Shown here: in pieces, positions 36,801 through 45,542 of the stretch
Position numbering within the stretch: the first letter of the stretch is position 1
How the letters are laid out: each line of letters starts with the position of its first letter
From: a virus
Length of the DNA stretch: 64,000 nt
Strand: one strand, 5' to 3'
Virus record (IMG/VR): IMGVR_UViG_3300017987_000006
Location: 96,001-160,000 of that record
The notes under the pieces: model-generated
What the model was told of the DNA's origin: nothing
Seen by the model: only the letters and a program-made list of their open reading frames with translations
Databases searched by the model: none
Program-made: the position numbers and the translations under genes

Positions 36801-39800
36801 ATGCCGCTGACGGACAAGCAAGTCAGGGAGATGAGTGAGGGTAGGACGATCAAGGACGCCGGGAAGATGGTCCTCGGGAAGAACCTCAAAGAGGAGAAGG
36901 GAGGCATCTTCGATAAGGACGCGACGGGCGGGCTGAACGGGACCAAGTGGTCCCATATCGAGCTGCCCGAGCGGATGCCGAATCCGATCTTCGAGAAGGC
37001 CATTGTCAGCCTCACCGGCATCAAGAAAAAAGATCTCGGCGCGCTGATGGACGGCAGCAAGGCCCTCAACACCAAGACGGGTCAGTTCACGTCGCCGGAG
37101 GAAGGGGTCTCGGCGGGAAAGGCTGTCGAGCACCTGCTGAAAAAGATCGATGTGGACGCGGAGCTCGCCTCCGCACAAAAGCAGATCCAAAACCCAAGCC
37201 TGAAAGGAGACAGGCTGGACAAGGTTAACAAGAAGATCAAATATCTGCGCTCGTTGAAGAAGCTGGGAATGACGCCGACGGAGGCGTACATGACCAAGAC
37301 CGTGCCTGTCCTCCCGCCATCCATGCGTCCTCTGGCCGTGCGCCCCAACGGAGAGCTCGGTGTCGAAGATCTGAATGGGATGTACAAAGGTCTTGGCATC
37401 GCCATCAACAAGATGAAGGATGCCAGCCCGCTGCAGCTACCGGAAAAGATCAACAAGAGACGAGCGGCGATCTATGATGCGATGAAGGGTCTGGCCGGGA
37501 CTGGGGGGTACCTCAACCGAGACTACCGCGGGGTACTCGACATCATCGCCGGGAAGAAAGCGCAGGGTCCGGAGGGAAAGCCTGGGAGTCCGCGGGAGAG
37601 TTACTTCCAGTCCAAGTTGATCAAACGGAAGCAAGATCTGTCGATGCGGTCCACCATCATCCCCGAGCCTGAGCTCGGCCTGGATGAGGTTGGGATCCCT
37701 CGCAAGGCTGCGATGGAAATGTACAAGCCGTTCATCGTCAGGGAGTTGGGGAACTTTGCTGGGCTGAGCCCACTGGCGGCGCAGCAAGCCATCAAGGACA
37801 GGGACCCGCTGGCCGCGCGTGCGCTGGAACGTGTGGTCAAAGAACGTCCGGTGATGTTGAAGCGCGATCCGGTCCTCCATAAGTACGGAGTACAAGCATT
37901 CAAGCCGGTGCTCACTAGCGGCAAGGCGATCAAGATCCATCCCCTGGTGACTGGCGGATTCAACGCCGACTTTGACGGCAATTGTGTTGACGGCTGCTCC
38001 GAATTGGTGATAAGGTGTTCTGGTCTTGCGAGGGAGCACTTTATGAAATTCGGAGCAGAGTCTTTGACAGTGGCGAGAGATCCTGCGCTTGGGATCAATG
38101 CCGACCGTATTATGATCAAGAACTTTCCACGGGAGGAAGAACCACACAGGTACGATCGAAATGGCGCTGCCGTCTACCGTGTCCCGGACGGATTGCAGGT
38201 CCTTTCGTACGATCACTTCTTGGGTGAGTCGACGTTCGAGGACGTCACTGAGCTAACCATCGAGGAGGACTGTCCTGTAGTCGAAGTGCGTTATGCGTCT
38301 GGACACAAGGTTACTGCTTCTACTAATGAGTCTTTGTGTGTCTATGACCACGAGACGGGAATGCTGCGCAAGGCACGGCCGGAGGAATCTGTAGGGGCAC
38401 TAAGCCCTGTCATCTCGTCTCCTCCCGGTGATAAGCACGACAAGTTTTTCGGGTGGATGGTAGGCGCTTTTGTGTCTGATGGATTCTTCACCAACGGGCG
38501 CATCGGAATCACCAAAGTCGATGACGAGTTCCGCTCAACGTTTGGGGATGCTCTAAGAACGTTCGGCGATGTGTACGCAAGCAACACATACCGCAGAGAA
38601 AAAAAGGCACCGACCGATTTCTCAGAGCATAGCGTCAAAGATCACTACACCGTGGGGGGAGAGATCAAAGACCTGTTCATGAGGTGCTACACCGTAGAGT
38701 ACAGATCTTATCTACGGGATGGAACGCGGAGCGGCGAATTAAAGAATAAGCGGGCAGCACTATACAAGCGCCTACCACAGGACATCGGCGACTATTCCAG
38801 AGATGCCTTGCTCGGTGTATTGTCCGGCTTGTTGGATGGGGATGGGACACTTTCCTGGAGCAGGTCTAAAACGAAGGAGCAGTTCCTGGCTTCGTATTCC
38901 ACCAGCTCCCACCAGCTGATGGAAGACGTCCGATATTTGTGTCACTTGCTAAATGTTCGCTGCTCTGTGTCACCAGTCTACCCCCGTGCGAATAGGGCGC
39001 AGAGGCACATCAACTATGTCATCTCATTCAGCACCGTAGATATTGAGAAGCTGGCTGGGGAGTTGCGCCTCGCTGCTTACTCGGATACGTTGATCAAACT
39101 GGCAGCGAACCCGCTGTCCAAGGATGATCGGGACGTGGTTCCTGTGCCGATATCGATCTTACGCGGCATGATCAGTAAGAAGAGTGTGGTGTTCAAAAAA
39201 GACCCAAAGCTCTGTAGATCGCTGGCTACGTTGGCGTCAAAAAATAAGAGACGTCCGAGGGTCTCCAGAGACACGGCGCTCAGAATGGTCCCCTATCTGA
39301 ATTTGGAAAACGCACTGGAAGCATATTGGTCATCCTTAGTGAAATCTGATGTCCGATGGTCTTACGTGAAAGAAGTCGAAGATAAGGGAAAGACGACCGT
39401 ATACGATTTGGTCGTGCCTACTACCAAGATCTTCGCGGTCAATGGTGGGCTGGTGGTGTGGGACACCATGGCGGCATTCGTTCCTCTGACCTCCGAGGCG
39501 GTGGACGAGGCGCGGAAGATGTATCCATCCAGGAACCTTTTCAGTCCCGCTACCGGAAGCTTGATGTACAAGCCGACGAAGGAGAGTCAACTTGGGCTCT
39601 ACAAGCTGACCCAGCAGGGCAAGCGGACGGACAAGGCGTTCAAGACCGTGGCCGAAGCTGCGAGGGCTGCCTCAGCAGGATCCGTGGGGATGACTGATGT
39701 GGTCAAGATTGGCGGACAGCAGACCACCATTGGGCGCGCTCTGGTAGCCAACGCGCTACCTCAATCCATGCGCGGCGGTGTGATGAGCGGGAAGACCCCA

Positions 39801-41507
39801 CTGGACGGGAAGGGGCAGACGGAGCTGCTGACTCGCTTGGCGAAAGATCACAAGGGGTCATTCGGCGAAGTCGTCAACAAGATCAAAGACCTCGGAAACA
39901 GCTACGCCACGCAGACCGCTTCTTCGCTTGGCCTCGAAGATCTCCGCGCCGACAAGAAGCTGCGGGACCGCATCCTAAAGTCCGCGGACGCCAAGGTGAA
40001 GGAGATCATGTCGGGGAAGGGGACGAAGGAGCAAAAGCAGAAGAAGGCGATCCAGATCTACGACAAAGCATCGGAGGCAATGATCAAGGCTGCCGAAATC
40101 GACCACGCCAAAAACCCTACTGAGCTATTTCAAATGTTGAAGGCGGGGATCAAACCGCAGATGGGCGCGTACCGTCAAATCACCATGGCTCCGATGCTGA
40201 TGATGAACGCCAAGGGCAAGGTCATTCCAGATCCAATCCGCAAGTCCTACTCTGAGGGCATCGATGTGGGCGACTACTGGACGCAGATGTCCGGGGCGCG
40301 CAAGGGCGTTGTACAGAAGGTCCAGTCTGTCCAGGAGCCTGGGTACTTTACCAAGCAGGTAATCAACTCGGTGATGAACAACGCCATCGGGGAGCAGGAC
40401 TGCGGGACCAAGAAGGGGATCACACTCCCTATAGAAGAGCGCGACGTGCTAGATCGATACCTGGCAAAGGACACCAAGTCAGGACGCAAGACCTTCAAGG
40501 CAGGGACCTTGATCACTCCCGGTGTTCGCGACAGTCTCAGGAACAACCGCGTCGGCCGTGTCGTCGTTCGTTCTCCGCTCCGATGTGAGCACAGCGGAAC
40601 GGGGATTTGTGCTCGGTGTTATGGTAACGATGAGGATGGGGCTCCCCCACCCACCGGCCGGAACGTCGGCATCATCAGCGCCCAAGCCATCGGCGAGCGG
40701 GCAACTCAGCTCGCCATGCGGACCTTCCACGAAGGCGGGGTGGCCCCTGTCGGCGCGGCGGGGAAGCAGAAGGCCGCACTGACGGACGAGTTCAACCGGG
40801 TGCAGCAGCTCGTTCAGATGCACCAGAACATCCCTGGGTCTGCTCCTCTCAGCTCAGTCAACGGGAGGATAACCAAGATCCAAAAAGATCCTGCTGGCGG
40901 GAGCAACGTGTTCATCTCGGCGGGAGATAAAGAAGTACGCCACTATGTCCCACAAAACCGGGGCGAGCCGCTGACGTTTGTGGGGGACAGGGCCAGAAAG
41001 CTGACGCGTGGTATGCAGATCCAAAAGGGTGCTCCCCTCTCGGCCGGTCCGATAAACCCGAACGAGCTGTTGCCCCTGGCGGGAGTGAACAAGGTGCAGG
41101 GATACCTGGCCGGACAGATGTACGATCTGTACAAGCAGCAGGGGATACGTCGGAGGAACATCGAGACCGTCGTCAAGAGTATGACGAACCTGACCAAGGT
41201 TTCTGACCCGGGCGGACAGTCGGACTTCATTCGAGGCGACTTCGCCCCTACGTCCAAGCTCCAAGCGCTCAACAAGAAGCTGGTCGCGCAGGGAAAGAAG
41301 CCTATCGCACACAGGCCGGTGTTGAAGGGGGTCAAAACGTTGCCGCTCGACATGCAGACAGACTGGATGGCAAGATTGAACCATGAGCAGCTTGCTGGTA
41401 CAGTCGTCGATGCGGCGAACCAAGGATGGAGCAGCAATATCCACGGAGAGCATCCGATCCCAGCGCTTGCCTACGCAGCTGAATTCGGAAAGAAGAAACC
41501 ATACTAG
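33807..41507 (+). CDS. Single-chain two-barrel RNA polymerase (beta-beta' fusion) with intein
   Basis: Beta motifs DQTNPL, DPIHTPE, IPFLQND..NRA, GYNYEDG, GDKISGRHGDKG, LNPAGVAGRINLGQ; beta' motifs VPVLPP, RDPVLH, NADFDG, GARKG, CEH...CARCYG, AQAIGERATQLAMRTFH; start MARL at 33807 (RBS AGGAG). Confidence 0.95.
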   Translation: MARLAPEEGFALLKDQVAETVKEIFPIKGTKHTLRLDDIEVKDNKDIEDIRSQKKARLEGRTWSVPVNGKLSLVDNKTGKVVDRRTQRIMSLPKVTNRHSYIVDGQEYQMDNQWQLKPGVYSRRDERGELESMFNLKGKHAFKVKFDPKTAKFSMLKGTTNVPLYPIMRELGVTDEDLEKSWGKQILQSNKVKSSDAALERFYKAVNREKPSDPRQAREFLQEFMDGAKMDPDVARITLGDKHDTVGGKTIQLASQKLLGISRGDVKPDARDSLMFKNFRSTEDFAREALQTRSGEILRRVGNNLDRKGKIQEIVGPDIFNRPINALFKKANLSNRPDQTNPLEMISGAMKTTIMGEGGITSEHKITEDAKLIDPSHLGFLDPIHTPESARTGVSLHLPLGARKKGNKLVTKMYNIKTGKMEDVDPETAYNANIVLPDQVKWRDGKPVPIGKTVKFSGQENEITTGSMKGADYVMPAPAQLFSVASNMIPFLQNDSGNRATYASKQMEQAIPLKHRESPLVQTVIAAGKKETSLNKFMGKINSHTTPIDGEVVQVKSDSVVIKGADGKRKEVQTYDHFPLNDDKSFLHSTPLVKVGDKVKKGQTVADTNFTKKGDLALGSNLTTAYVPFHGYNYEDGVVISESGAKQLTSEHMHRKGLDVGKEHTLSKDAFLKHYGMTLKKDQADKLDDAGVIKKGQRVGPGDTLVAALRHREETDEDKIRRRMHKSLVKPYDNVSVTWDNDHPGVVTNVVKRGKRAEVHVRTEEPAEIGDKISGRHGDKGIITRIVPDHEMPTTKDGKRVHLALNPAGVAGRINLGQVLEAAAGKIAEKTGKPYRVQNFDGTEDMTERVQKELKEHGLSDKEELIDPKTGKTMGRALVGPRYMHKLRHQVGKKLVARAGGPDYAYDMNRIPKRGGPHGAQALDSLGVYAMLASGAKANLREMQTYKSNAENNDELWSAVQTGDPLPAPRPSFAYNKFVGMLKTIGVNTVKQGNTLNLMPLTDKQVREMSEGRTIKDAGKMVLGKNLKEEKGGIFDKDATGGLNGTKWSHIELPERMPNPIFEKAIVSLTGIKKKDLGALMDGSKALNTKTGQFTSPEEGVSAGKAVEHLLKKIDVDAELASAQKQIQNPSLKGDRLDKVNKKIKYLRSLKKLGMTPTEAYMTKTVPVLPPSMRPLAVRPNGELGVEDLNGMYKGLGIAINKMKDASPLQLPEKINKRRAAIYDAMKGLAGTGGYLNRDYRGVLDIIAGKKAQGPEGKPGSPRESYFQSKLIKRKQDLSMRSTIIPEPELGLDEVGIPRKAAMEMYKPFIVRELGNFAGLSPLAAQQAIKDRDPLAARALERVVKERPVMLKRDPVLHKYGVQAFKPVLTSGKAIKIHPLVTGGFNADFDGNCVDGCSELVIRCSGLAREHFMKFGAESLTVARDPALGINADRIMIKNFPREEEPHRYDRNGAAVYRVPDGLQVLSYDHFLGESTFEDVTELTIEEDCPVVEVRYASGHKVTASTNESLCVYDHETGMLRKARPEESVGALSPVISSPPGDKHDKFFGWMVGAFVSDGFFTNGRIGITKVDDEFRSTFGDALRTFGDVYASNTYRREKKAPTDFSEHSVKDHYTVGGEIKDLFMRCYTVEYRSYLRDGTRSGELKNKRAALYKRLPQDIGDYSRDALLGVLSGLLDGDGTLSWSRSKTKEQFLASYSTSSHQLMEDVRYLCHLLNVRCSVSPVYPRANRAQRHINYVISFSTVDIEKLAGELRLAAYSDTLIKLAANPLSKDDRDVVPVPISILRGMISKKSVVFKKDPKLCRSLATLASKNKRRPRVSRDTALRMVPYLNLENALEAYWSSLVKSDVRWSYVKEVEDKGKTTVYDLVVPTTKIFAVNGGLVVWDTMAAFVPLTSEAVDEARKMYPSRNLFSPATGSLMYKPTKESQLGLYKLTQQGKRTDKAFKTVAEAARAASAGSVGMTDVVKIGGQQTTIGRALVANALPQSMRGGVMSGKTPLDGKGQTELLTRLAKDHKGSFGEVVNKIKDLGNSYATQTASSLGLEDLRADKKLRDRILKSADAKVKEIMSGKGTKEQKQKKAIQIYDKASEAMIKAAEIDHAKNPTELFQMLKAGIKPQMGAYRQITMAPMLMMNAKGKVIPDPIRKSYSEGIDVGDYWTQMSGARKGVVQKVQSVQEPGYFTKQVINSVMNNAIGEQDCGTKKGITLPIEERDVLDRYLAKDTKSGRKTFKAGTLITPGVRDSLRNNRVGRVVVRSPLRCEHSGTGICARCYGNDEDGAPPPTGRNVGIISAQAIGERATQLAMRTFHEGGVAPVGAAGKQKAALTDEFNRVQQLVQMHQNIPGSAPLSSVNGRITKIQKDPAGGSNVFISAGDKEVRHYVPQNRGEPLTFVGDRARKLTRGMQIQKGAPLSAGPINPNELLPLAGVNKVQGYLAGQMYDLYKQQGIRRRNIETVVKSMTNLTKVSDPGGQSDFIRGDFAPTSKLQALNKKLVAQGKKPIAHRPVLKGVKTLPLDMQTDWMARLNHEQLAGTVVDAANQGWSSNIHGEHPIPALAYAAEFGKKKPY
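37983..39464 (+). mobile_element. LAGLIDADG intein (494 aa) in the RNAP catalytic motif, atypical C-terminal Asp
   Basis: Starts CVDG; VTASTNESL; FFGWMVGAFVSDG; VLSGLLDGDG; VYDLVV...VNGGLVVWD|T. Confidence 0.85.
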
Positions 41508-41516
41508 GAGACCGAG

Positions 41517-41897
41517 ATGAATCAAGAACACATGACCAAGATGGCGACGGCGTTCCTCAGCGAGCTGTCAGAAATCGAGAAGCAGGGCTTTGCCCCGCTC
41601 CGCTTCCTGGCCGGTGGTGTGCGCCGACTTGGGGTCGGCATGGCCAACGTTGGCCGGCAGGGTGGATTCCTCGGTGCCATTGGAGGAGCAGGGGCTCGCC
41701 GCGCTGGGGGGGTAAGCAGACACATCAAGCAGATCTATCGATCTGGCGCAAAGCCCGTCGCAGTGAAAGGCGTCGAAGGCGGTGGCAATATGTTCGGCGG
41801 GCTGAAGGCCCTCGCTCGATCACCATACGGCCAGATGGCAGCAGTCCCGGCGTTGGCCGCGGGCGGGCTGTACGCCGGCAAGAAGCTGTTGGGGTGA
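41517..41897 (+). CDS. Gly-rich basic protein with ELEK-type leader
   Basis: TAFLSELSEIEKQG followed by an amphipathic Gly/Arg-rich sequence. Confidence 0.6.
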   Translation: MNQEHMTKMATAFLSELSEIEKQGFAPLRFLAGGVRRLGVGMANVGRQGGFLGAIGGAGARRAGGVSRHIKQIYRSGAKPVAVKGVEGGGNMFGGLKALARSPYGQMAAVPALAAGGLYAGKKLLG

Positions 41898-41900
41898 TTT

Positions 41901-43127
41901 GTGGCGGAGGTTCTCGGTCCCCCCCGCATGGTGAGTACTGACAACTCACCGACCACGGCAGAACACGGACCCGCGTGGATCCATAAAGCCGCCGTCACCA
42001 ATGTCAACCTACGTAACTGGACTGTCGATGTACTGACCGAGCAGGACAACGAATACCACACCGAACTGCAGGTGGCCTCTCCGTACTTCCACACAGAGAA
42101 CGGGGAGGGTATCTATGCAATGCCCGAGGTCGGATCGATTTGTCTACTGGCAAAGCTGTCTGACGAAGCCACCCCATTCATCCTTGCGTTTTTGGGATCG
42201 TTTGAACTCGAGGGAGCACAACTCGACAATCTCACAGACCGGGCTGGGGAAGCGGCGAACGCTGAGGAGGAGACGGGGACGACGCCGACCACTTCAATGT
42301 CGACGGGGGCCGGGCAGACGACGAACTCAGCTTCGGCCAGAGGAGGCAGGCCGTTTCTGAATCCCGGGGACATCATGCTTCGTACCCGGGACAAAAACTT
42401 CATCGTGCTGAAACGCGGTGGAGTAATCCAGATTGGCTCTACCCCGACATGTCAGACGGTCTACGTCCCCATCCTCAACTGCCTCCGCCAGTTTTGTGAA
42501 AACTACGAGATGATAACGCCCGGCGGGCTAACCACCTGGGCCGTTCAACGCCAGCAGAATGACCCGGCCGGTCTCGCTCCTATCTTGTATCGAATGACGA
42601 TCAGAGACAAGGCTCAGAATGATAAGGCTGACGTCCAGATTAAGGTGGGTCACATCTCGGATACGGTGCGATACGAGATGGAGATCGCTCCGCAGGGAAT
42701 CCAGGTCAATGATGGTGCTGTTACTGGATCTAAGCTGAAGATGACCATTGATGTGAACGGGAATCAGACGTTCACGATGGAGGGAAGCCTCAGCTATACC
42801 ATCCAAGGCGGCAGGAGCTACACAGTCCAAGGTACGGATACACTCAGCGTGACAGGCGCTAGATCGGTCGAGGCGAACAGCATTCAGGAACGATCAAGGA
42901 CTACACACACGCTGAATGCGCTATCGAGCTTGGAGGACATAACGGGAACAAAGACGATTAAGGCGGCCATGGTCATGCTCGGAAAAGCCCCGTCGGAACC
43001 AGCTGTGCTGGGCGTCAAACTGTTGACGTGGCTGGCAAGCCATACGCATCCTGCACCAAGGGCCCCATCTGAGCAGGCACCACAACTGGCCACAATACTC
43101 TCTTCTAAGGTAGTGTTGACACCATGA
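41901..43127 (+). CDS. Baseplate spike/hub (gpV/gp5-like) protein
   Basis: OB-fold-like N-terminus (EGIYAMPEVG), beta-strand repeats, C-terminal SHTHP HxH tip motif. Confidence 0.7.
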   Translation: MAEVLGPPRMVSTDNSPTTAEHGPAWIHKAAVTNVNLRNWTVDVLTEQDNEYHTELQVASPYFHTENGEGIYAMPEVGSICLLAKLSDEATPFILAFLGSFELEGAQLDNLTDRAGEAANAEEETGTTPTTSMSTGAGQTTNSASARGGRPFLNPGDIMLRTRDKNFIVLKRGGVIQIGSTPTCQTVYVPILNCLRQFCENYEMITPGGLTTWAVQRQQNDPAGLAPILYRMTIRDKAQNDKADVQIKVGHISDTVRYEMEIAPQGIQVNDGAVTGSKLKMTIDVNGNQTFTMEGSLSYTIQGGRSYTVQGTDTLSVTGARSVEANSIQERSRTTHTLNALSSLEDITGTKTIKAAMVMLGKAPSEPAVLGVKLLTWLASHTHPAPRAPSEQAPQLATILSSKVVLTP

Positions 43128-43483
43128 AGGTATCACAGCAGGGCCTGGAGGACGCGCTAAAGAAGTATCTCCAGGAGCTCGAGCCGGTGGCCAAGAGCGT
43201 GGCCACGAAGAACGAGGTGAAGCAAGAGCCTCGGCAGGGAGGTGGGACGGATGTATCTGTCGTGCAGACCAAGGGTGACGTGTATATGGACAGGCAGAAC
43301 GCCACGGCACTGGCAAAATCTATTGCCAAATCGGTGCATGAACATGTAGTAGGATACATGGACGACCCAATGGTGACGAAGCTCAACGAGCTGATAGCGC
43401 AGTACAATCAGCTCAGATCTGACTTCGTCACGGGCGGGGGATCGACGACATCAACAGCCGTAGACCAGATTCCCACGAGCTGA
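43124..43483 (+). CDS. Hypothetical protein
   Basis: 119 aa, coupled to the spike gene. Confidence 0.55.
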   Translation: MKVSQQGLEDALKKYLQELEPVAKSVATKNEVKQEPRQGGGTDVSVVQTKGDVYMDRQNATALAKSIAKSVHEHVVGYMDDPMVTKLNELIAQYNQLRSDFVTGGGSTTSTAVDQIPTS

Positions 43484-43485
43484 TC

Positions 43486-43514
43486 GTGACAAACCGGCGC
43501 GGAAGTTGTAGACT
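43486..43514 (+). promoter_or_regulatory. Sigma70-like promoter
   Basis: GTGACA-17-TAGACT upstream of 43536. Confidence 0.45.
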
Positions 43515-43535
43515 CGCGCCTAGGAGATAGGAACA

Positions 43536-45542
43536 ATGGAACTTTTCCTGGATGATCCAAATGGCCTACCCAAGTTTGCTGCGGCCTTTACCAGGCTGTC
43601 CGAGAACCCGGACGAGTGGCAGGCGGAAATCGTCAACGAGCTGTTTCGTCAGGCCCCGTACGCCGGTGAGTTCACGGCCAAGGTCATCATGAACGAACTG
43701 GACCCGGAACGTAGGTATGGGATGGGAGCCGTCGAGCTGAAGACCCGCCAGGCCGTGGGCCCCCAGGACCACTCTGTCCCGGAGTATGTCCAGGGCGTGA
43801 ACAAGGTGTTGATCCCGGTTGTTATCAAGGAGGGCAAACTTTCCCCTCTGGACGTCTTCCTGAGCAGCGGCAAAGCTATGCCACTGACCGAGCACCGCCT
43901 CCGCAAGGCCATGTTCCGGCCACAGCTGTTCGAGGCCGTGGCCAAACGGCCAGGCGACCAGGACATGATGAACACGCTGTTCCCACCGTACCGTTCGGGG
44001 GGATTCGGCCTGGGCGGGAACAGCCGCGTGGGCACGATGGAGCAGGGCAAGACCGCCTCGGCAAACATCCCGCTCGTGGACGCAATCCACAACACCATCA
44101 AGGAGGCGGACGTAAAGCGTGTGGAAGATCAACTCAACGCTGACCCTACGCTGCAAGCCGCCATCCTCAGAAACGAGGCGACCGCGGGCTTCATGGCAAA
44201 GCTGGCGCGACCACGTAAAGCTCTGTCGGACAGGCAGCTGACCAAGATAGCGATGGGGCTCGTTCGGCCGAAGGTGATCCAGGTATCCAAGTCGCGCGGC
44301 GGGTTCATGATTAAGACCGCCGCGCCAGACACTCTCGCCCCAGAGGAAAACGAGGTCACCCGTCCGGATGCGGAGTCCATCGTCGGCAAGGACGTCGTCA
44401 AGAACGTTGAGCGGGACGGGACCGTTACTATCTCCACCGACCCGGTCGTCCGCGACTCGTTGTCCGATGCTAAGATCAAGGTCGTCGATGAGTTCGGCGA
44501 GTATAAGGTCAGGACCAAGGACGGCAAGGAGCTCGTGGGGTGGGTCTTTCCACGCTGCGTCGATCTGGGGGGCGTCAACCTGGCGCTTGCCATCTTCTCC
44601 AACGGGTCCCAGTCAGGTGTGCAGGAGAACATCGCCGCCAGCCCGGTAGGCAAGGGCACAAATCTGATCGATGGCGAGCCGGAGGGATTCGGTTGTTTCT
44701 ACCTGGCACGCCAGGGTGGGGCCGTGGCCATCGTCCCGATGGACATCAAGGGGCACGGCGTTGGGCCGGATGGAACAGACGAGTTTCAGGTTTCCACGAT
44801 GTTGGGCGACGCTGCTCGCATCCGCAAGGTGGAAGGGCTGAACAAGGTCGCAGAGATCGGAGACGGGGTCTACGGCATTCCCCAAGACTGCGGGTGGCTG
44901 CCACTCAGGAACATGACCAAGCTGGCCGATAGTGCCGACGAGTTCACCAAGACGGCGCAGGTGCGCGGCTCGCTAGATCGGATCGAGGTGATGTACGATC
45001 AGTCTGGCGTTTACAGCATGCGTGGCAAGCCGATGGAGAAGTTGGCCAGCGCTGGGGTCCGACACCAGTACGTCGACCAAGATCAGACCGTGTTTAACAT
45101 GGCACTTCTGGGGGTCCATCCATCCACAGCAAAAGAAAAGCTCGCGGAGGCCCGCAAGGCTTCGCGATGGTGTTCAATCGAAGGAGTGAGGCCGGTCACT
45201 CTAGCATCTGAGAAGTACGCTGCGGCGAAGGCGGAGGCCCGCACGTTCATCGAGAACATGCCTCGTATCAAGTCCCTGCTACTGAAGGAAGCAGCGGCCT
45301 TGGACGATCCCATGTCGGTAGACAAAGTGCTGTCGGTAGGGTTCCTGAACCCAGAGAACATCAGCACCTTCGTATCCTACCTGCCCGAGTTCGAGGACGT
45401 ACTCAGCAAGCTCAGCGAGCTGTTGATCGCTTCAAGGCTCGGTCTGTCGACAGTGGACACTGGGGCTCTCGAGCGCGTCGTGCAGCACTTGGATAAGGTG
45501 ACTGGCGGGCTCAGAGAGTTAAACCAGCATCCACAGGCATGA
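43536..45542 (+). CDS. Large head-associated protein with repeated KxA motifs
   Basis: KFA, KTA, KIA, KTA, KTA, KLA, KEA at domain-like boundaries. Confidence 0.65.
   Translation: MELFLDDPNGLPKFAAAFTRLSENPDEWQAEIVNELFRQAPYAGEFTAKVIMNELDPERRYGMGAVELKTRQAVGPQDHSVPEYVQGVNKVLIPVVIKEGKLSPLDVFLSSGKAMPLTEHRLRKAMFRPQLFEAVAKRPGDQDMMNTLFPPYRSGGFGLGGNSRVGTMEQGKTASANIPLVDAIHNTIKEADVKRVEDQLNADPTLQAAILRNEATAGFMAKLARPRKALSDRQLTKIAMGLVRPKVIQVSKSRGGFMIKTAAPDTLAPEENEVTRPDAESIVGKDVVKNVERDGTVTISTDPVVRDSLSDAKIKVVDEFGEYKVRTKDGKELVGWVFPRCVDLGGVNLALAIFSNGSQSGVQENIAASPVGKGTNLIDGEPEGFGCFYLARQGGAVAIVPMDIKGHGVGPDGTDEFQVSTMLGDAARIRKVEGLNKVAEIGDGVYGIPQDCGWLPLRNMTKLADSADEFTKTAQVRGSLDRIEVMYDQSGVYSMRGKPMEKLASAGVRHQYVDQDQTVFNMALLGVHPSTAKEKLAEARKASRWCSIEGVRPVTLASEKYAAAKAEARTFIENMPRIKSLLLKEAAALDDPMSVDKVLSVGFLNPENISTFVSYLPEFEDVLSKLSELLIASRLGLSTVDTGALERVVQHLDKVTGGLRELNQHPQA

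Noticed and set aside
33807-41507. Host rpoBC operon or bacterial contamination
   Set aside because: Flanked by portal and baseplate genes, lacks rplL/rpsL context, strongly reduced and divergent.
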